A stretch of DNA of 64,000 bases from Eledone cirrhosa (GCA_964016885.1 OZ024742.1:7688001-7752000), one strand, 5' to 3'. Counted from the first letter of the stretch, positions 1-13,374 are shown. Notes: a model not told the origin generated them from the sequence alone. Made by a program: numbers and translations.

Positions 1-498
1 ATATACACTCCCCTGACCATGAAAATGCCGAAGTACATGAAATACTTGACATCCCTGCGCTGTGCATCTCCAATACTTATAACACTTTTAATGCTTGCAC
101 TATCTTTAATGCTTATAATATTTCTCCACACACAGACTATATCAATCATATAAAGAATTTGCCACCAGACCTACCAACCTAACACTCTTATTTACCTACC
201 TAAGTGCCTCTACCACACATATCTCTCTGCCACACTATATAAACAAGACGCACATGCGTGCCACACATATAACATTTGCACTATATAACCACTTATCTTC
301 ATGTTGTACTTTAACCTATATCTTTGATTTTTGATTGTACCTATTAATATAAATGTAATCTCGAAGTGTGTACTGCCACTCTAAATTCTGTAATGAATGT
401 TGACCCACAATGTTTGAATATGTATCAATGTTTGAATATGTATTGGTATGTCTCTCGGCTGAAAAGGAGGTCATATAACTGTCCATGCATTAATAAAT

Positions 499-545
499 TG
501 CTCCGAAGAATCCAAACTTCGGTTTGGAGGAAACAGCTGTAAGCA
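499..545 (+). ncRNA. Minimal type I hammerhead ribozyme at the 3' end of a PLE-type pseudo-LTR (1-~585)
   Basis: tgct CCGAAGA a TCCAAAC-TTCG-GTTTGGA g GAAA CAGCTG TA agca. Helix I tgct/agca, 7-bp helix II with UUCG loop, palindromic ACAGCTGT helix III, GUA cleavage triplet, U4C variant. (TA)n follows 40 nt later. Confidence 0.8.
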
Positions 546-576
546 CAATAATGTTTTGAACAGTTCTTTGATTCTT

Positions 577-629
<53 letters not shown>

Positions 630-899
630 TGTATATATATATATATATCCATTGAATGTGTCAAACAACGAATTACAAATTAATTGCAGTTATAACGAAT
701 AAATTGATTTTCAACATTACATAAAAATCCGTAAATGTGTAACTCTGCTCACTCTCCCGGATATCTTTTCACTAGATTAAGTTTAGAAAAATACTTTTGT
801 TTTTCTGATTGAAGGTTTGTAATTAGATAGCATTTTAGTTTGTTTTAATAACGTGAGAGAACAAATATTTAAATCTAAGTTCAAAATATTTAGGTTATT

Positions 900-1320
900 A
901 TTTTATAAATAATGTATGAGACAACTTTTAGAAATATAGGCGTAGGATGTGAAACATTAATTTATTTAATTAAATAATTTGTAGAATCAATAATAAGTAA
1001 TTCTTAAATAAATTCCGGCTGGATAATTTCATATGATGTCAGTTAAATTATGCCAAAACCCACGTTAAATAATTTGGGAGTATTAAGAAATGTTGCCTCA
1101 ATTATTGAAATAATTTTTAAGATACTAGAAGAGAAGTTAATTTAAACACTGATTTATGTATAAACACTTATAGAGGATGAATATAGATGAATACATTTGG
1201 TTAAATAAATGAGAGGAATTTAGATATAAACATGCCGTCGAATAGGTGACAACCAAGACGGAATGAATATTCGGTGAGTTTACACATTTAAGAAAATACG
1301 AAATAGTAAGTAATAAAATA
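900..1320 (+). pseudogene. Highly decayed PLE GIY-YIG endonuclease-like remnant
   Basis: Reading through stops and frameshifts gives remnants like RRRCET..NLNNFVESIIS..RLDNF..MSV.YA, resembling the PLE Zn-linker and endonuclease start. Very degenerate. Confidence 0.3.
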
Positions 1321-2303
1321 CAGGAAGAAAGGAACTAAGTTGAATAAAACGGGAATATATAAAGGAATTAAGGACATTCAATATAGACCCTACTTCTTAC
1401 AACACAATCTCCCTAACTGTGTCTCTAGTTTCTGATTAGGTCTCACTCTAGTTTTCCCTTGACTAAACTTTACTGATTCTGATCTATGAGCACTGAGGTG
1501 TTTGTAATACGTGGAACCGGGAAACTCTTCTACCACAATGAACATTTGTATCATGGTTAAGCAGGTCAAGGATGGTTTCTATACATTCTTCATTCTTCTG
1601 ACTTAGGGTCTCTATCCTGGTTTCAGTCTAGTTCTGTTTATGATGTGTATTCATTTGGAGGATCGTTGATTTCTGTTGTAAATCTGCTGAGACGGTTGTT
1701 CCAAGCCAGATGACGGTTACCGATGAAATATCGATCACAACATTTCCAATAATAATATATACATCAATTCACCAGTTACATATTTATATATAATCCGCCT
1801 AAATCAGCATCTACTAACCAGAACATATATTTACCACACATTTTAATTATTTATACGTATCATATCTTATCAAACCAATATTAAAATTATATTTCCTTAT
1901 TTATATATCTCAATGACTCTTAATCATTCACGAAGCTCATTTGAATGAAGTGGCGGAATGGCCAGGTTGCCCAATGGCAGGTGCGTCCCAGGGGTCCCAC
2001 GGTCGCATTGTAGGGCCCACTGTAGTATTTTATAGGCCAATGCTTTGCTTTCAAAAAATACCTGAAATCTAAGAGAAAGAATAAGTTTAAAAAAATTAGA
2101 TAAAACAATTAAGCAAAGTATTTAGTCAACCAATTCCCCGGGGAATTACTAGAAGCCAAAATATACAATAGTGCAAATAGCTGGAGTTAGTGGTTGTACA
2201 TTCTACTAAATCTAAAGCTTATTGTATTAATTCATGCATGCATGCAAACATACATATATAGACACAGGCACACAAGCTTATGTATATACATATATAGTAA
2301 TAC

Positions 2304-2695
2304 TAAATTTGAAGACTAAAATCCAAAGAGGGCTCGATAAGGATAAATATATATCAAATATATAAGAACCGTAGAGCAAATATTTATTAAAATAACAGAT
2401 TAAAGTTTAGGCAAAGAAACGGTGCTTTCACCCTTAACGGGATCTTCTGAAACTAAAAAACTCAATCTGTGAACACAGAAGTGAATATTTCAAAAAACGT
2501 TCCATCCGGAGGAATACAGGAAGACGATACTTTGGTTCATGGAAACGTATCGTCTTCCTGTCTTCCTTCGGTTGCAACGTTTTTTGAAATATTCACTTCT
2601 GCGTTCACAGATTGACTTTTTTAGTTTCAGAAGATCGCGTTAAGGGTCAAAGCAGCGATTCTTTGCTTAAACTTTAATCTGTTATTTTAATAAAT
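2304..2695. mobile_element. Fold-back PLE pseudo-LTR insertion with two inverted HHR-like motifs (2404-2454 minus, 2623-2673 plus)
   Basis: Arms ~2383-2535 and ~2548-2695 are reverse complements. Motif agttt CAGAAGA tccc-gttaa-ggg t GAAA GCA..TGC (T/C)T aaact; the plus copy has GAAA>CAAA. Same family at 17395-17630 and 7960-8001. Confidence 0.7.
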
Positions 2696-2751
<56 letters not shown>

Positions 2752-2760
<9 letters not shown>

Positions 2761-3033
2761 TAAACGGAATAGAAAATACTGACAAATTGTTCACAGTTGA
2801 AAAATGGTTTAATTAGGAATAAAAGAGTATTAGTGATTGTATGGGTTAGTATTCAGTTGTGGTTTTAAGTTTTTAAAAAACTTAAAACCACAACTGAATA
2901 CTAACCCATACAATCACTAATACTCTTTTATTCCTAATTAAACCATTTTTCAACTGTGAACAATTTGTCAGCATTTTCTATTTCGTTTACCAATATATAA
3001 TAACTTGTGTGTTACACCTCTATTCTTTTAACT
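2752..3033. mobile_element. Near-perfect ~120-bp-arm hairpin insertion in (TA)n (PLE pseudo-LTR 3' end)
   Basis: 2752-2873 is the reverse complement of 2878-2998, followed by a unique tail to 3033. The same family lies on the minus strand at 6418-6620. Confidence 0.8.
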
Positions 3034-3059
3034 ATATATATATATATATACATATATAA

Positions 3060-5220
3060 ATGAACTTTTAAGATAGTTATTTGAGTGGTGGAGGTGTGTT
3101 ATCCAACACAGAAGGTGAAGTAAAAAAAACACAGGTTAGTAAAATCCAAAGGATGCGTGTAGGCCCATTAATGGTGTGTCAGTATTATTGTTCAATCCGT
3201 AACAGTGAGTCCTCCATGGTTAGATGATCACGGATCAAAACCTAGTGTAGTGTTCAGTCGGTAGGAACGTGACAGTCATAATTGTGGGAGCTCAATGTCT
3301 AAAGGAAGCGGGTACTGTGTGTAGAGTTATGTATAGAGAGCGTAATCGGTCCTAACTAAATGTGTAATACGACTAGCTATATCCCAACTGAGAGAACTCA
3401 AAGGTTAGGGTATCTTAAAGTAAAGGTAGGTGCGCGTAATCGGCCATGCCTGAGTGTGCAATCAATTACTAACTAGGTATTCTAAGTGTGTAATCAATCT
3501 AACTATTTACTAGCTGGGTATTCTAAAGAAGTGCAGTCAGCTGTGAGAACTCTGTGGAAACAGGCCGAGTATCGTTTGCAAGTGCGCAAACAATCTTAGC
3601 CGTCTAACTACCTGAGTGTGTGACTGTCTGTTTATTGAGAGAACTCTATGGCTAAAGTAGAGATGGAGGAGTTAGTGGTAGGTTACCTTCCAAAAATCCT
3701 GCGGAAGATTTTCGAGGTTCTATGTTGGCAGTTGCTGAAAAAATCTGCTCTCCTATTAATTAATAAGGGGCCGCCTCTAATAATATTAAAAGTTTCAGCT
3801 ATACATAAATTGCAAACGCCAGTGCTGCCATTATAAGGTTGGGCTGAGCAAACTATGGACCAGGATAAGGAGTGCTCTATATTCTGGTGTTTAAGCTTCC
3901 AGACTAATTCAGAAAGTGCCGTGCTATTTTTTTTATCTAATCTATTAAAGGTATGGCGGTGATTATACCATCTATCCTTAAATTCCGTGGCAGTTGCCCC
4001 AACATACCTAAAGGTTCTATCAGGAGTGGAGACCTTACAGTCGAAGACTATGTTTTTGGTAAGGCATTTCCCAGCCATGGGGCAGGTGGCGGTGTTTCTG
4101 CAGTTACATTTTTTGCAATCGACCTGGATAGTTCCAGCTGGACCACGATATCTTTGGGGTCGGGTCTCAATTCCCGTCTGCTCTATGGGTAAATTCCCTG
4201 GGGTTGGGGAGACCCAACTCGCCTCACGCGTATGAGTCAGTTCCTCAATAGAGCTGCCATTGTTCCTGCCATGCCTAGTTTCCTCATGGGCTGTCCTAAG
4301 TCTACTATAATTCATCTTAGCTATATTCTGAGCTATGTTACTAGTTGTGGAGTAGGACAGCTTGATGGTATTTCTATTGAATATTTTATAATATCTGTGC
4401 GATCTGGGGAGGCATTTGTCTAAAGCCCTAAAGAAAAGCTTAGCTATACTAGTGGTCAGGCCAGTGGAGTAAGGGGGGTTATACCACAGGACATTTCTGG
4501 TCCGATGCCTCTTGTTCTTACTAAATATATTAGTGTTACTTGTCTCCCTAGTAGTTACTGGTCTATTGTAACTGGAAATTGCCTGTGGGCCGATGGTGTC
4601 CTGGGGTGTCACGATTGTGTTCTGAATCGTCCCAACTCTCCAGGGTGGTGTACGCCTCCCCCCCCCCCCCCCCGTGCGGCCATTGGGATTACCCTCGATA
4701 GCCGGGGTTATATCCACTCTGCGTCTGCTACATCTGTCCCTATTCCCCTTACTCGACCCTCGTTCCTTACTGCGTTCGACGGTAGTTTTATCGGTTCCAC
4801 AATTAAGGTTACCATTAGAGTTTCCGCTGGCGTTACGTTGCTCAGACCCCGTGTTAGTACCTGGGTGGTTGTTTCTGTTGGTACCAACAGCATTGGGACT
4901 AGGCGGCAATACAACATGAAGTCTATATAAATCCTCCCACGTATCATGCCTGCTGTTAACTAGAGTGTCACTATTTAGGCCTAAGCTATCGCAGGAAACG
5001 ATGCTTCTACTATTTAATGGACGTTTAAATGAGATTCCCTCGCCATGCCCCGCGCGTTCCAGGGCGCTATTATAGTAATTCGAGATCTTATTAAAGGTGT
5101 CTTCATTGGAAGATAGTCCTGAAATTCTACTAGAGACGCTTTTGGTAATACCGTTAGTGACTATTCTAGGGTGGTTCGATTTTCCGTTGACATAGTTTAA
5201 ATTCTCGTTGGGTTTGTGTT
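3060..5220 (-). mobile_element. 5'-truncated PLE (Hydra-clade-like): RT thumb, linker, GIY-YIG endonuclease, 3' UTR
   Basis: Thumb KPNENLNYVNGKSNHP..SVSSRISGLSSNE..YYNSALERAG at ~5050-5215. ORF 3683-4909 has LWYNPPYS, KIFNRNTIKLSYS, CNCRNTATCP (CxCx5C), IVF..YVG..FKDRWYNH, CNLC..E..LLINRR..C.H. The 3' end abuts (TA)n. Confidence 0.9.
3683..4909 (-). pseudogene. PLE ORF C-terminal part (linker plus GIY-YIG endonuclease), 408 aa
   Basis: Motifs as in the element above. Out of frame with the upstream RT thumb. Confidence 0.85.
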
Positions 5221-5595
5221 AGGGTTGGAAGAGTGGTAGGGTCGGGGTGTGTGAGAGTGTGTGTGTACCCACCCACACTAACTCTACAGGTTTAATACTG
5301 TGTTGATGTGTGTATATTTATGTATATATTTTTCTTTGACCTCGAGCCGATGTATGTGTGTGTGGAATGTGTATGTACCCACTCACATTAGCTGTGACTG
5401 ACTGTATCCCTACAGATTTGATTGATGTCCAGCGTCTTTTGCAGCGATAGAAATCTGAAAACTTTTATGACCTCAACTGAAGTTAATAGCAGTCGCCGTG
5501 TCTCTCACTGCTGTGTCTTCATATGAGGGAATGAATTCTGTGAGAGTACATCGTTTTTTTTTCCCTCATATCAAGAATTTGAAGACAATTCATTT

Positions 5596-5669
5596 TCACC
5601 TGATGGGATCAGTGATAATCGATCATGGCTTCACAATCGATCTATCTCTTATTGAAACATGTGTCGTGA
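5596..5669 (+). ncRNA. Degenerate type I hammerhead motif
   Basis: tcac CTGATGG ... GAAA CATGTG TC gtga. Helix I tcac/gtga, A9G substitution, helix II imperfect. Confidence 0.5.
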
Positions 5670-5724
5670 TTAAATGATTGGAATTTTACCTTGCCTTCGG
5701 ATTTTCATTTTGATAAGTCTAGAA

Positions 5725-5857
5725 ATAGCCGTCGAAACGGATTGAGCTCTGCCGTCGGGGTCCTGACTCTTTTCCTATTATCCACTCAACTATCCAACGT
5801 ATCGAGTACTCTGGTGCGTTATGGTCCACCGGGTTCCTTACTACACTTCCTTCGTTA
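5725..5857 (+). mobile_element. PLE-type 3' terminal repeat family carrying the 3' half of a hammerhead (other copies 16555-16698, 60978-61120, 62536-62672)
   Basis: GAAA CGG(C) ttgagctct GCCG TC ggggtc followed by a shared ~100-bp tail (gagtactctggtgcgttatggtccac..ttccttcgttata) that ends in a microsatellite. Confidence 0.7.
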
Positions 5858-6182
5858 TAGATAGATAGATACACACACACACACACATAGATATATATAT
5901 ATACATAGATATATTTATTGTTATACTTGGGGAGGGTCATATTGTTGTAATATTGCCAGAAATAATAACAGAACACACTCACTGTTTGGTTGGTTTTCGC
6001 TTCTGTATCTTTTATACCTCCATAGTTAATTTATTTGGCAATTATTGTTTACAATTGATTGACCAGCGGTTAAAACTACAGCTATAAATATATATATATA
6101 TACAAACCGTGAAACTAATAAACCTTTGTTCGTACTGCCTCTCTGTTTTGTCCCCGTTCCATGTTTCACTATATATAAATAT

Positions 6183-6267
<85 letters not shown>

Positions 6268-6299
6268 TATATATCTATATATATATCTATATATCTATA

Positions 6300-6423
<124 letters not shown>

Positions 6424-6579
6424 AAAGAATAGAGGTGTAACACACAAGTTATTATATATTGGTAAACGGAATAGAAAATGCTGACAAATTGTTCACAGTT
6501 GAAAAATGGTTTAATTAGGAATACAAGAGTATTAGTAATTGTATGGGTTAGTATTCAGTTGTGGTTTTAAGTTTTTAAG

Positions 6580-6617
6580 TTTCTACCGGTTGCGCATTTC
6601 TAAATGCTTTTCAAAAA
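6580..6617 (-). ncRNA. Degenerate hammerhead with U3-A8 core
   Basis: Minus strand: ttt TTGAAAA gcattt-ag-aaatgc GCAA CCGG TA gaaa. Palindromic ACCGGT; GAAA mutated to GCAA. Confidence 0.5.
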
Positions 6618-6654
6618 TAATTTTGAGATAGAGTGTCCGTGCTGTTTGCTCTGA

Positions 6655-7096
6655 TCAGACGACTGAAGTCAAGGAGAAGCTTCCTCAGCCATGTCCAGCC
6701 CCTAACAACATCTCAGGAAGAAACCAGACTACAGCCATGGACTAGAAAGCTAGAGAAGGAATACCCTCCTATTGACATGGGAATCCCCCTCTTCTGAAAC
6801 CCTCCTACCTGGCTCAGAAGCACCATGGGTCCAGTGGAAGACACTCAACTGCCTGAGAACAGGAATGGGGAGATCAAAAGCTGCTATGGCCAGAAAGAGC
6901 TACAAGACCGGCCCAACCATCTGCAAATGCGGAGAGGTGGACCATACGATGCAGCACTACCTTGTTTGCCCTCTACTACCCAACCAGTGCAGCTTAAAAG
7001 ACCTCACAGAATTTAATAATAATGCAAAGGACTGTGTAAAGAAATGGGAAACTGTCATATAACCACTTGCTTCGAAGATACGAAAAGAAGAAGAAT
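6655..7096 (+). mobile_element. RTE-X-like non-LTR retrotransposon 3' fragment
   Basis: RRLKSRRSF..(frameshift)..LPGSEAPWVQWKTLNCLRTGMGRSK..CKCGEVDHTMQHYLVCP..W*, then a short 3' UTR with an (AAG)n tail. Confidence 0.8.
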
Positions 7097-7142
7097 GAGG
7101 TTATATTAATATAAATAGAAAAATATCTATGAAAATAATTAT

Positions 7143-7308
7143 TTGTTTTACTTTTGGCACACGGCCAGCAATTATCCCATTGAATACTTTATTTTATCGA
7201 CCCCGTAAGGATGAAAGGCAAAGTTAACCTCGGCGGGATTTGAACTCAGAATGGCAAGGGCCGTAACTCTTTGCCATTCTGAATTCAAATCCGAGGTTAA
7301 CTTTGCCA
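7143..7308 (-). mobile_element. tRNA-derived SINE, 5'-truncated, with a short 5' fold-back (7271-7308)
   Basis: Reverse complement of gagttcaaatcccgccgaggttaactttgcctttcatccttacggggtcgataaaataaagta..gtgccaaaagta. Confidence 0.85.
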
Positions 7309-7567
7309 TATCTATGAGAATAATTATTGCGTCGAAAATGTAATTGTTAAAGATTTTTGCTTAGAAGTCATTTCTTTGAATATTAAGAAACGCCCTATGA
7401 CAAAATATATTTCTATTTTTGCCGAGTGTACAATTAACACATGGTCTCTAGTTTCCCATGTGACAATTCGATGGGAAGAAAGCTTCCCTTATATATTGTA
7501 AAAATGATATTTTTTTCCTTTCTTTGTTAATATTTTCCAGTTATTAAACGAAGCAGAATAATGTTCA

Positions 7568-7715
7568 TCCCGCCGAGGTTAACTTTGCCTTTCATCCTTA
7601 CGGTGTCGATAAAATAAAGTACCAGTAATGCACTGGAAAATGGGGTCGATAAAATAAAGTACCAGTAATGCACTGGGGTAATTGCTGGTCTTGTGCCAAA
7701 AGTAGAAACAATTAT
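7568..7715 (+). mobile_element. SINE 3' part with an internal duplication
   Basis: Same core. gtcgataaaataaagtaccagtaatgcactgg occurs twice. Ends gtagaaacaattatt. Confidence 0.85.
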
Positions 7716-7791
7716 TTTAAGATATTTAGAATTATATAAACGGTTGTTAAAGCAGTATTTAAAGGTATTTGTTTCGTAAACAATACACCAA

Positions 7792-7879
<88 letters not shown>

Positions 7880-7882
7880 ACG

Positions 7883-7914
<32 letters not shown>

Positions 7915-8000
7915 ACGATATATATATATATCTATATATATATATCTATATTTGTATATTTATTAAAATAACAGATTAAAGTTTAAGCAAAGAATCGCTG

Positions 8001-8094
<94 letters not shown>

Positions 8095-8105
8095 GTGTGT
8101 GTGTC

Positions 8106-8149
<44 letters not shown>

Positions 8150-8267
8150 TGTATGTGTGTGTATAGCGGTAGGCAACACTATCCAAGATATAGGCAACTA
8201 AAATCCCTAGGGCAAATTTGATTATAATTATTGTATTGACTGGCTTTAATAATCATATTATATAGTG

Positions 8268-8455
8268 GGCGGTGGATTGGCAGTATCGGTAGAGAGTCGG
8301 ACGCCATGATTTCCAGCATAGTTACGTCCCTTTGCGGTCTGAGTTCAAATACCGCCGAGGTTGACTTTGCCTTTCATCCTTACGGGGTCGATAAAATAAA
8401 GTACCAGTAATGTACTGAGTAATTGATGGCCTTGTGCCAAAAGTAGAAACAATTA
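8268..8455 (+). mobile_element. Full-length tRNA-derived SINE (Octopus-type)
   Basis: A box TGGCAGTATCGG, B box GAGTTCAAATAC, core gactttgcctttcatccttacggggtcgataaaataaagtaccagt, 3' end gtagaaacaatt. Confidence 0.9.
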
Positions 8456-8689
8456 TATATATACATATATATATAGATATATATATATATATATATACAC
8501 ACACATATATATATATATGATTATCACTATCATTTAACGTCCACTTTCCCTGCTAATATAGTCTGTGATGGCCACTGCTCGCTTTGATGATATGTCTGTA
8601 GATGACCTGATGGTGAACGACTGACTCGCATAATTCAGCGTTAAAATTGAGCTTGGTATTGAGGAATTATTGTAAAGATTGATGACCTT

Positions 8690-9330
8690 AAATAATGGAT
8701 TATTATATACAATGAAATCCCGTTAAACCATTGCTCTACCCTTTCTGATATTCTATCGCCTTTTATCGATATTACTATAATATTAATCTATCTTTAACAT
8801 GCTTTTATTCCATGTGGGAGAGGATAAATGAAATAATACTCCATTGATACATTTCTCAAAGCCATTAGTAGCTGGACATAAGTGAATTTGCTTCATATGG
8901 TAATTGAAATTCTATTGCAATATGTGTCTCTAATGATTAGATCATATCATAAGGTTCCTTCATCCACATTCAACAGGAAATATCTTTATGGAGGTTTATT
9001 CTTGAAACAATCTATCACGCCCTGGACAATACCAGTACTACTGCTATCGACCTCTGGTGGATACCAAGAGCAATTCCTGGAAAGATTAGAAATTAGAACA
9101 AAAAGTATTTCTACTGAATTAACAGGATAATTTACGTGGTTATCCAATGCGCTACATTTAGCAAGTACATTCCCCCCTTTATCACACCCTATAAACCCTG
9201 GGCATGGAAGGTTACTATAGTTTTCCTTAAGCTGTGTCCAACACATCTTTTTTTCATGATGAAGTGTATTTTATCAGGAGATTTGTGTTGTTATTTCCAG
9301 CGATTGAAATCGATTCTTAGAGGTTTCCTT
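8690..9330 (+). pseudogene. Decayed I/Nimb-type LINE fragment (region after RT)
   Basis: Frameshifted remnants FLKAISSWT..LLQYVSLMIRS..GSFI..IPPFITPYKPW resemble LKVLSGTSWGA..LLQLYKSLIRSKLDYGSFIY..PPW. Confidence 0.35.
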
Positions 9331-9672
9331 TTTTAACTAGAAACCACTCTACAATTCTCGCCTAATTTTCACGGCTAGATAGTAACAATAAAAAAGAAAT
9401 ACAAGAGAGTTATTAAAGAATGTGGTGACATAGAAATAAGTAGTGTAAGTAGTGTGGCCTCATCATTTCCTCTTCTTCTTCACCATACTCTCACTTAACA
9501 CTTTATCTTATTAACCGCTTTTGTGCTACGGTGAAAATGATAGTGGCCATATGATGCTACTTGACAGTTGTCAAGTTTAGAGGTGTAGGGTTAATATATG
9601 TTAGGTGACTGAGTCTACTGAGGTCAGAAGATATAGTACATCTTTCATTGCTTTATTTTTTACCATTCATAA

Positions 9673-9892
9673 TAATATTGGTTTCTGGTTTAGGCAAAAG
9701 GCCAGTAATTTGGGGGAAGGAGAAAGTCGATTAAATCGACTCATGAGTATTACTGGTACTTTATTTTATAAACTTCGTAAGGAAGGAAGGCAAAGCTAAT
9801 CTCGGCAGGATTTGAAGTCAGATCGTAAAGAGTCGTAACTCTCTGCCATAGAGCATGTTGTCCGACGCTCAACCGATAACGCCAATCCACCA
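9673..9892 (-). mobile_element. SINE copy (diverged)
   Basis: Reverse complement of the SINE head, core and tail. Confidence 0.8.
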
Positions 9893-10189
9893 TTGCGACT
9901 AATTGTAGTATTACTATTGTTGATGTTCTATATCAGAGTTTCCCTATCTGGGTGATGTTACCCACTGGTGGGGGATTTCAACTGTTGGGTGGGGGAGTTC
10001 AACTGTTGGGTGGGCGATAAGCAATCGAACAGAAAATAGTGAGTGATTGGAGATTTTGGTGGGCAATATAGGATTTTGAGTATTAAGAAGGTATTTCAAC
10101 ATATTCTACTAAAAAGAAATATTTAAAGGAGAAATGTAAAGAATTTGTATAGCAAAAAAAACAAAAACAGGAGTCTAAACGTCACATTT

Positions 10190-10549
10190 CTAGATAACAT
10201 AAACAGTCCGTAGAAATAACAGTTCGACATTTCTTGTTAACAGACAAGATGAGTAAACTTCGCTTTTAAACGGGTTGCAGCAGGTCAGCACTATTGCATA
10301 CCAAGTAAATATGTGCCCCGAAAAATCAGTCATATAATCAAAGGCATTCCATCCGTGACCAATTCTCTTGTTATTTGTGAGCAGGATACCCAGGACGGCA
10401 TTATTGCCGAATTTGTAGTTTCGTGACATGTAAGGCTGGGGTTTGAGGAAGATCTGGCTATTATTTCTAACGCCAGAGTGAACGCTTAGAAGCTTCACAT
10501 TTACAGTGTAGTTGGGAATATATTGTGCAGTGTGATCCTTTTCTTTCAA
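10190..10549 (-). pseudogene. Possible decayed Helitron Pif1-helicase fragment
   Basis: IPNYTVNVK..VRN..KFGNNAVLGILLT..DFSGHIFT resembles Helitron LPPHxLxLK..LLRN..LGNNVIEAEILT..LPFT. Weak match. Confidence 0.3.
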
Positions 10550-10861
10550 TTAGATTTGGCTGCTATTCTTAGCAGGTTAAAATGTATTACTGCTATTAAA
10601 CAACGATAGGCGGGGAATGTGTTAATAGTACTACGAGAAGGGCGAAAGAAAGCAGCGGAAGTTTGCAAGGCCACGTGCAGTAGAATCTGTCATTGGTGAA
10701 CCTACTTCAGAAGGTAATTACTTCAAAAGGAAGGTCTGAACCATCGCTCTTAACTTCATCCTCTACGGAACTTAGTGACCCACAACGGAACTTTAAAAGT
10801 TTAAGTAGTACTGCTTAGAGTTGAGTAATTTATCTGTTTGTACAGGTTGTATAATGAAGGG

Positions 10862-10962
10862 AAGCGTGGCTTAGTGTTTAGAGTGTTTGGCTGATAATTG
10901 TGAAGTCATGAGTTAGATTCCAGGTGGCGTGATGTGTCCTTTAGAACAACACTTTATGTTTA
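10862..10962 (+). mobile_element. Second tRNA-derived SINE family head (also 28130-28420)
   Basis: gcgtggcttagtgttta (A box)..gagttagattcc (B-box-like)..ggtggcgtg..tgtcctt..cactttat. Confidence 0.55.
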
Positions 10963-11059
10963 CATTCAATTATCACTATTATAATAACATTTTCTAAAGA
11001 ATCGTGGCTATATTTTGTACCGTTACAGTCTGAATCTAAAACAGCAGGAGAAACGCCGG

Positions 11060-11188
11060 ATATTTGCGTTCTGAGTTCAAATCCGCCGAGGTTAACTTTG
11101 CCTTTCATCATTGCGAGGTCGATAAAATAAAGTACCAGTAATGCACTGGGGTAATTGCTGGCCTTGTGCCAAAAGTAGAAACAATTAT
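11060..11188 (+). mobile_element. SINE 3' part
   Basis: gttctgagttcaaatccgccgaggttaactttgcc..gtagaaacaatt. Confidence 0.85.
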
Positions 11189-11499
11189 GTCTTATAATGA
11201 ATGTGTCTCTCGTCTCATTTGTGAGTGGTAGAAAAGGATATATACGCAGATCTCTCAATACACTGACAGCTTATTTAGAGGTAAAATATAGACGTCGCCT
11301 CCATTCACAAATTACTGTGGCTATGATGTGTAAATATGTTTTAGAATATACTGAAACAACTTTTATTTTAACATTGAACATAATTATCCAGAATTTCTAA
11401 GACGTTCCTAAGTCTTTTTAAATAAAGGTAGATTTATTTTTAAAAATTATTTTTATCACCCAAACAGCGAATACAAAAGATATTATTTATTTCTGAATT

Positions 11500-11683
11500 A
11501 GCCATAAAGCCACACTTTTGGAGGAAAGGTAACGTTGATTAAATCAGCCCAGTATGTGACTGGTACTTTATTTTATCGACACAAAGTCAAACACAAATGT
11601 GGGATTTGACTCAGAGCATAATGAGCTGGTACATATACAGCAATGGCATTTTGTCGGTCGCTCTACCAGCTCTGCCAATCCAG
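11500..11683 (-). mobile_element. Old SINE copy
   Basis: ctggtactttattttatcgac..gggatttgactcaga..ctctacc..tgccaatcc. Confidence 0.65.
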
Positions 11684-13338
11684 CAATAATACTAAAGCTA
11701 TCATAATATTATCAATAAAATAATGACAATAATGATTTCCAAGTTCATCAAATATAAATATTGTGATGTAACATTTAGGTAATCTTTATAAATATATGAA
11801 CCTGTAACTCCTGATGGAGACGTAGGGTCGCCGAATGTCATGCAACGCTTCTTGGGCATTTATAAACCTAACACTTCACTATTATTTAACTTATCAACTG
11901 CACAATGATGAAATACTACATGAATCTCAACAGGATTTAAAGTCAAATTACAATGATAGCTATTATTAAATACAGGTAGGGACGTCGATCAGTCTACCAT
12001 TTCTACACACAATGTCCAAGATATATGAAATGAGAAATAAAATATCTCTACATATACTTTCAAAAACTTGAAGTGTTTTCTTATGATATACACAAAAGTT
12101 ATATATATTTTTTAATGCCAATTCTTACAGAAGCGAATTTGATTAGTACACAGGAAGTAAATTCAATGCCAAGAACAAATTATTTAATATATAATAGCTA
12201 TCATTGTAATTTTTTCCATTTTCTGTATAATAAGTTAATTATAGCTGTAAGTTAATTTTGATTTGTTTTGACCAGGCAAAGAGCCAAATATTTTTTGTAG
12301 GAAACGGGTTACAATCAATTGAATCAATCATAGCCCTTTGTTAGCTGGTTTATTATTTCTCCTAGAGCAATTGATATAATAAAGGGAAAAAAACAATGAA
12401 ATCTCTGCGGGATTTGAATATAGATGAGAGACAAAAGAAACTAAAATATTTAACTATATTTTGTCTTTGTACTTCAGTAAATTACAAGAAAATCCTTACA
12501 GAATACATTAACTAATTACCAGAGGGGAAAATGATAAAGTTTGGTTTCCCAGGCTTCATCTCATTAGAGAGGAGAAACATTGTCACTGGCTCTACTGGAA
12601 ACAAACAAAATTCTTCTAGATAATATATGATTTTGATTTTACATTAATAGAAGACATCGTAACTTGTTGAACAGACATGATCAAACAAACATGACGATCT
12701 TTCTCTATCTGTTATCTATTTGGGTTCCTTCCAGGGGGTCATATCGAATGTGTATTGTTTTATAGAAAGGTGTTTATTTGAAGGATATCTTGCAGTAATT
12801 TCCATCAAGTGAAACGACTCCATACAGGCTACTTCATTAGATTGTGCAGATAAATATTTTTCATAGATACAGGTGTGATGTAATTCTATCTCATATATAC
12901 ACCTGGAACATGAAGGGAGGTAATTAACGAGTAAATTCTGTTATATCCTGCAATATGAGGCATAAATACATAGAAACTTGAGGGAAAGGATGCGTCAATT
13001 TAGCTTGGTGTTTGACAGGGTATTAGACCATCGATCCCAGCCTAACGAAGAGATGAACTCAACCTCCATTGTTTTGAAATGAAAACATAAAAGACTAACT
13101 AAATATTGGTATGTGTTTTATCCAACAGTCTACCAATGCTGCTCTATAATGATTTCTTATATGTAAATAGTAAAACGTTAAGTGCAACACAATAGTAAAC
13201 TAAGCATTTTACTCTACTTAGCTATATGATAGCTTGTATATATACATATATATATATAAGGAAAAAAGATGAAATCGAAAATGCAACTGGAAATGCAATT
13301 GATGTGAGAAAAACCACAAACCCTCCATCTCAATTCTA

Positions 13339-13374
13339 CTTTTGAAAAGCAGAATAACCGCGAAACCGGTAAAG
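13339..13374 (+). ncRNA. Minimal hammerhead with U3-A8 core, inside a (TA)n-flanked element with inverted ends (13255-13445)
   Basis: ctt TTGAAAA gcag-aataa-ccgc GAAA CCGG TA aag. Cleaner copy at 44729-44766. Confidence 0.7.

Noticed and set aside
8268-8360. tRNA gene
   Set aside because: The A and B boxes belong to a SINE head; no cloverleaf forms.
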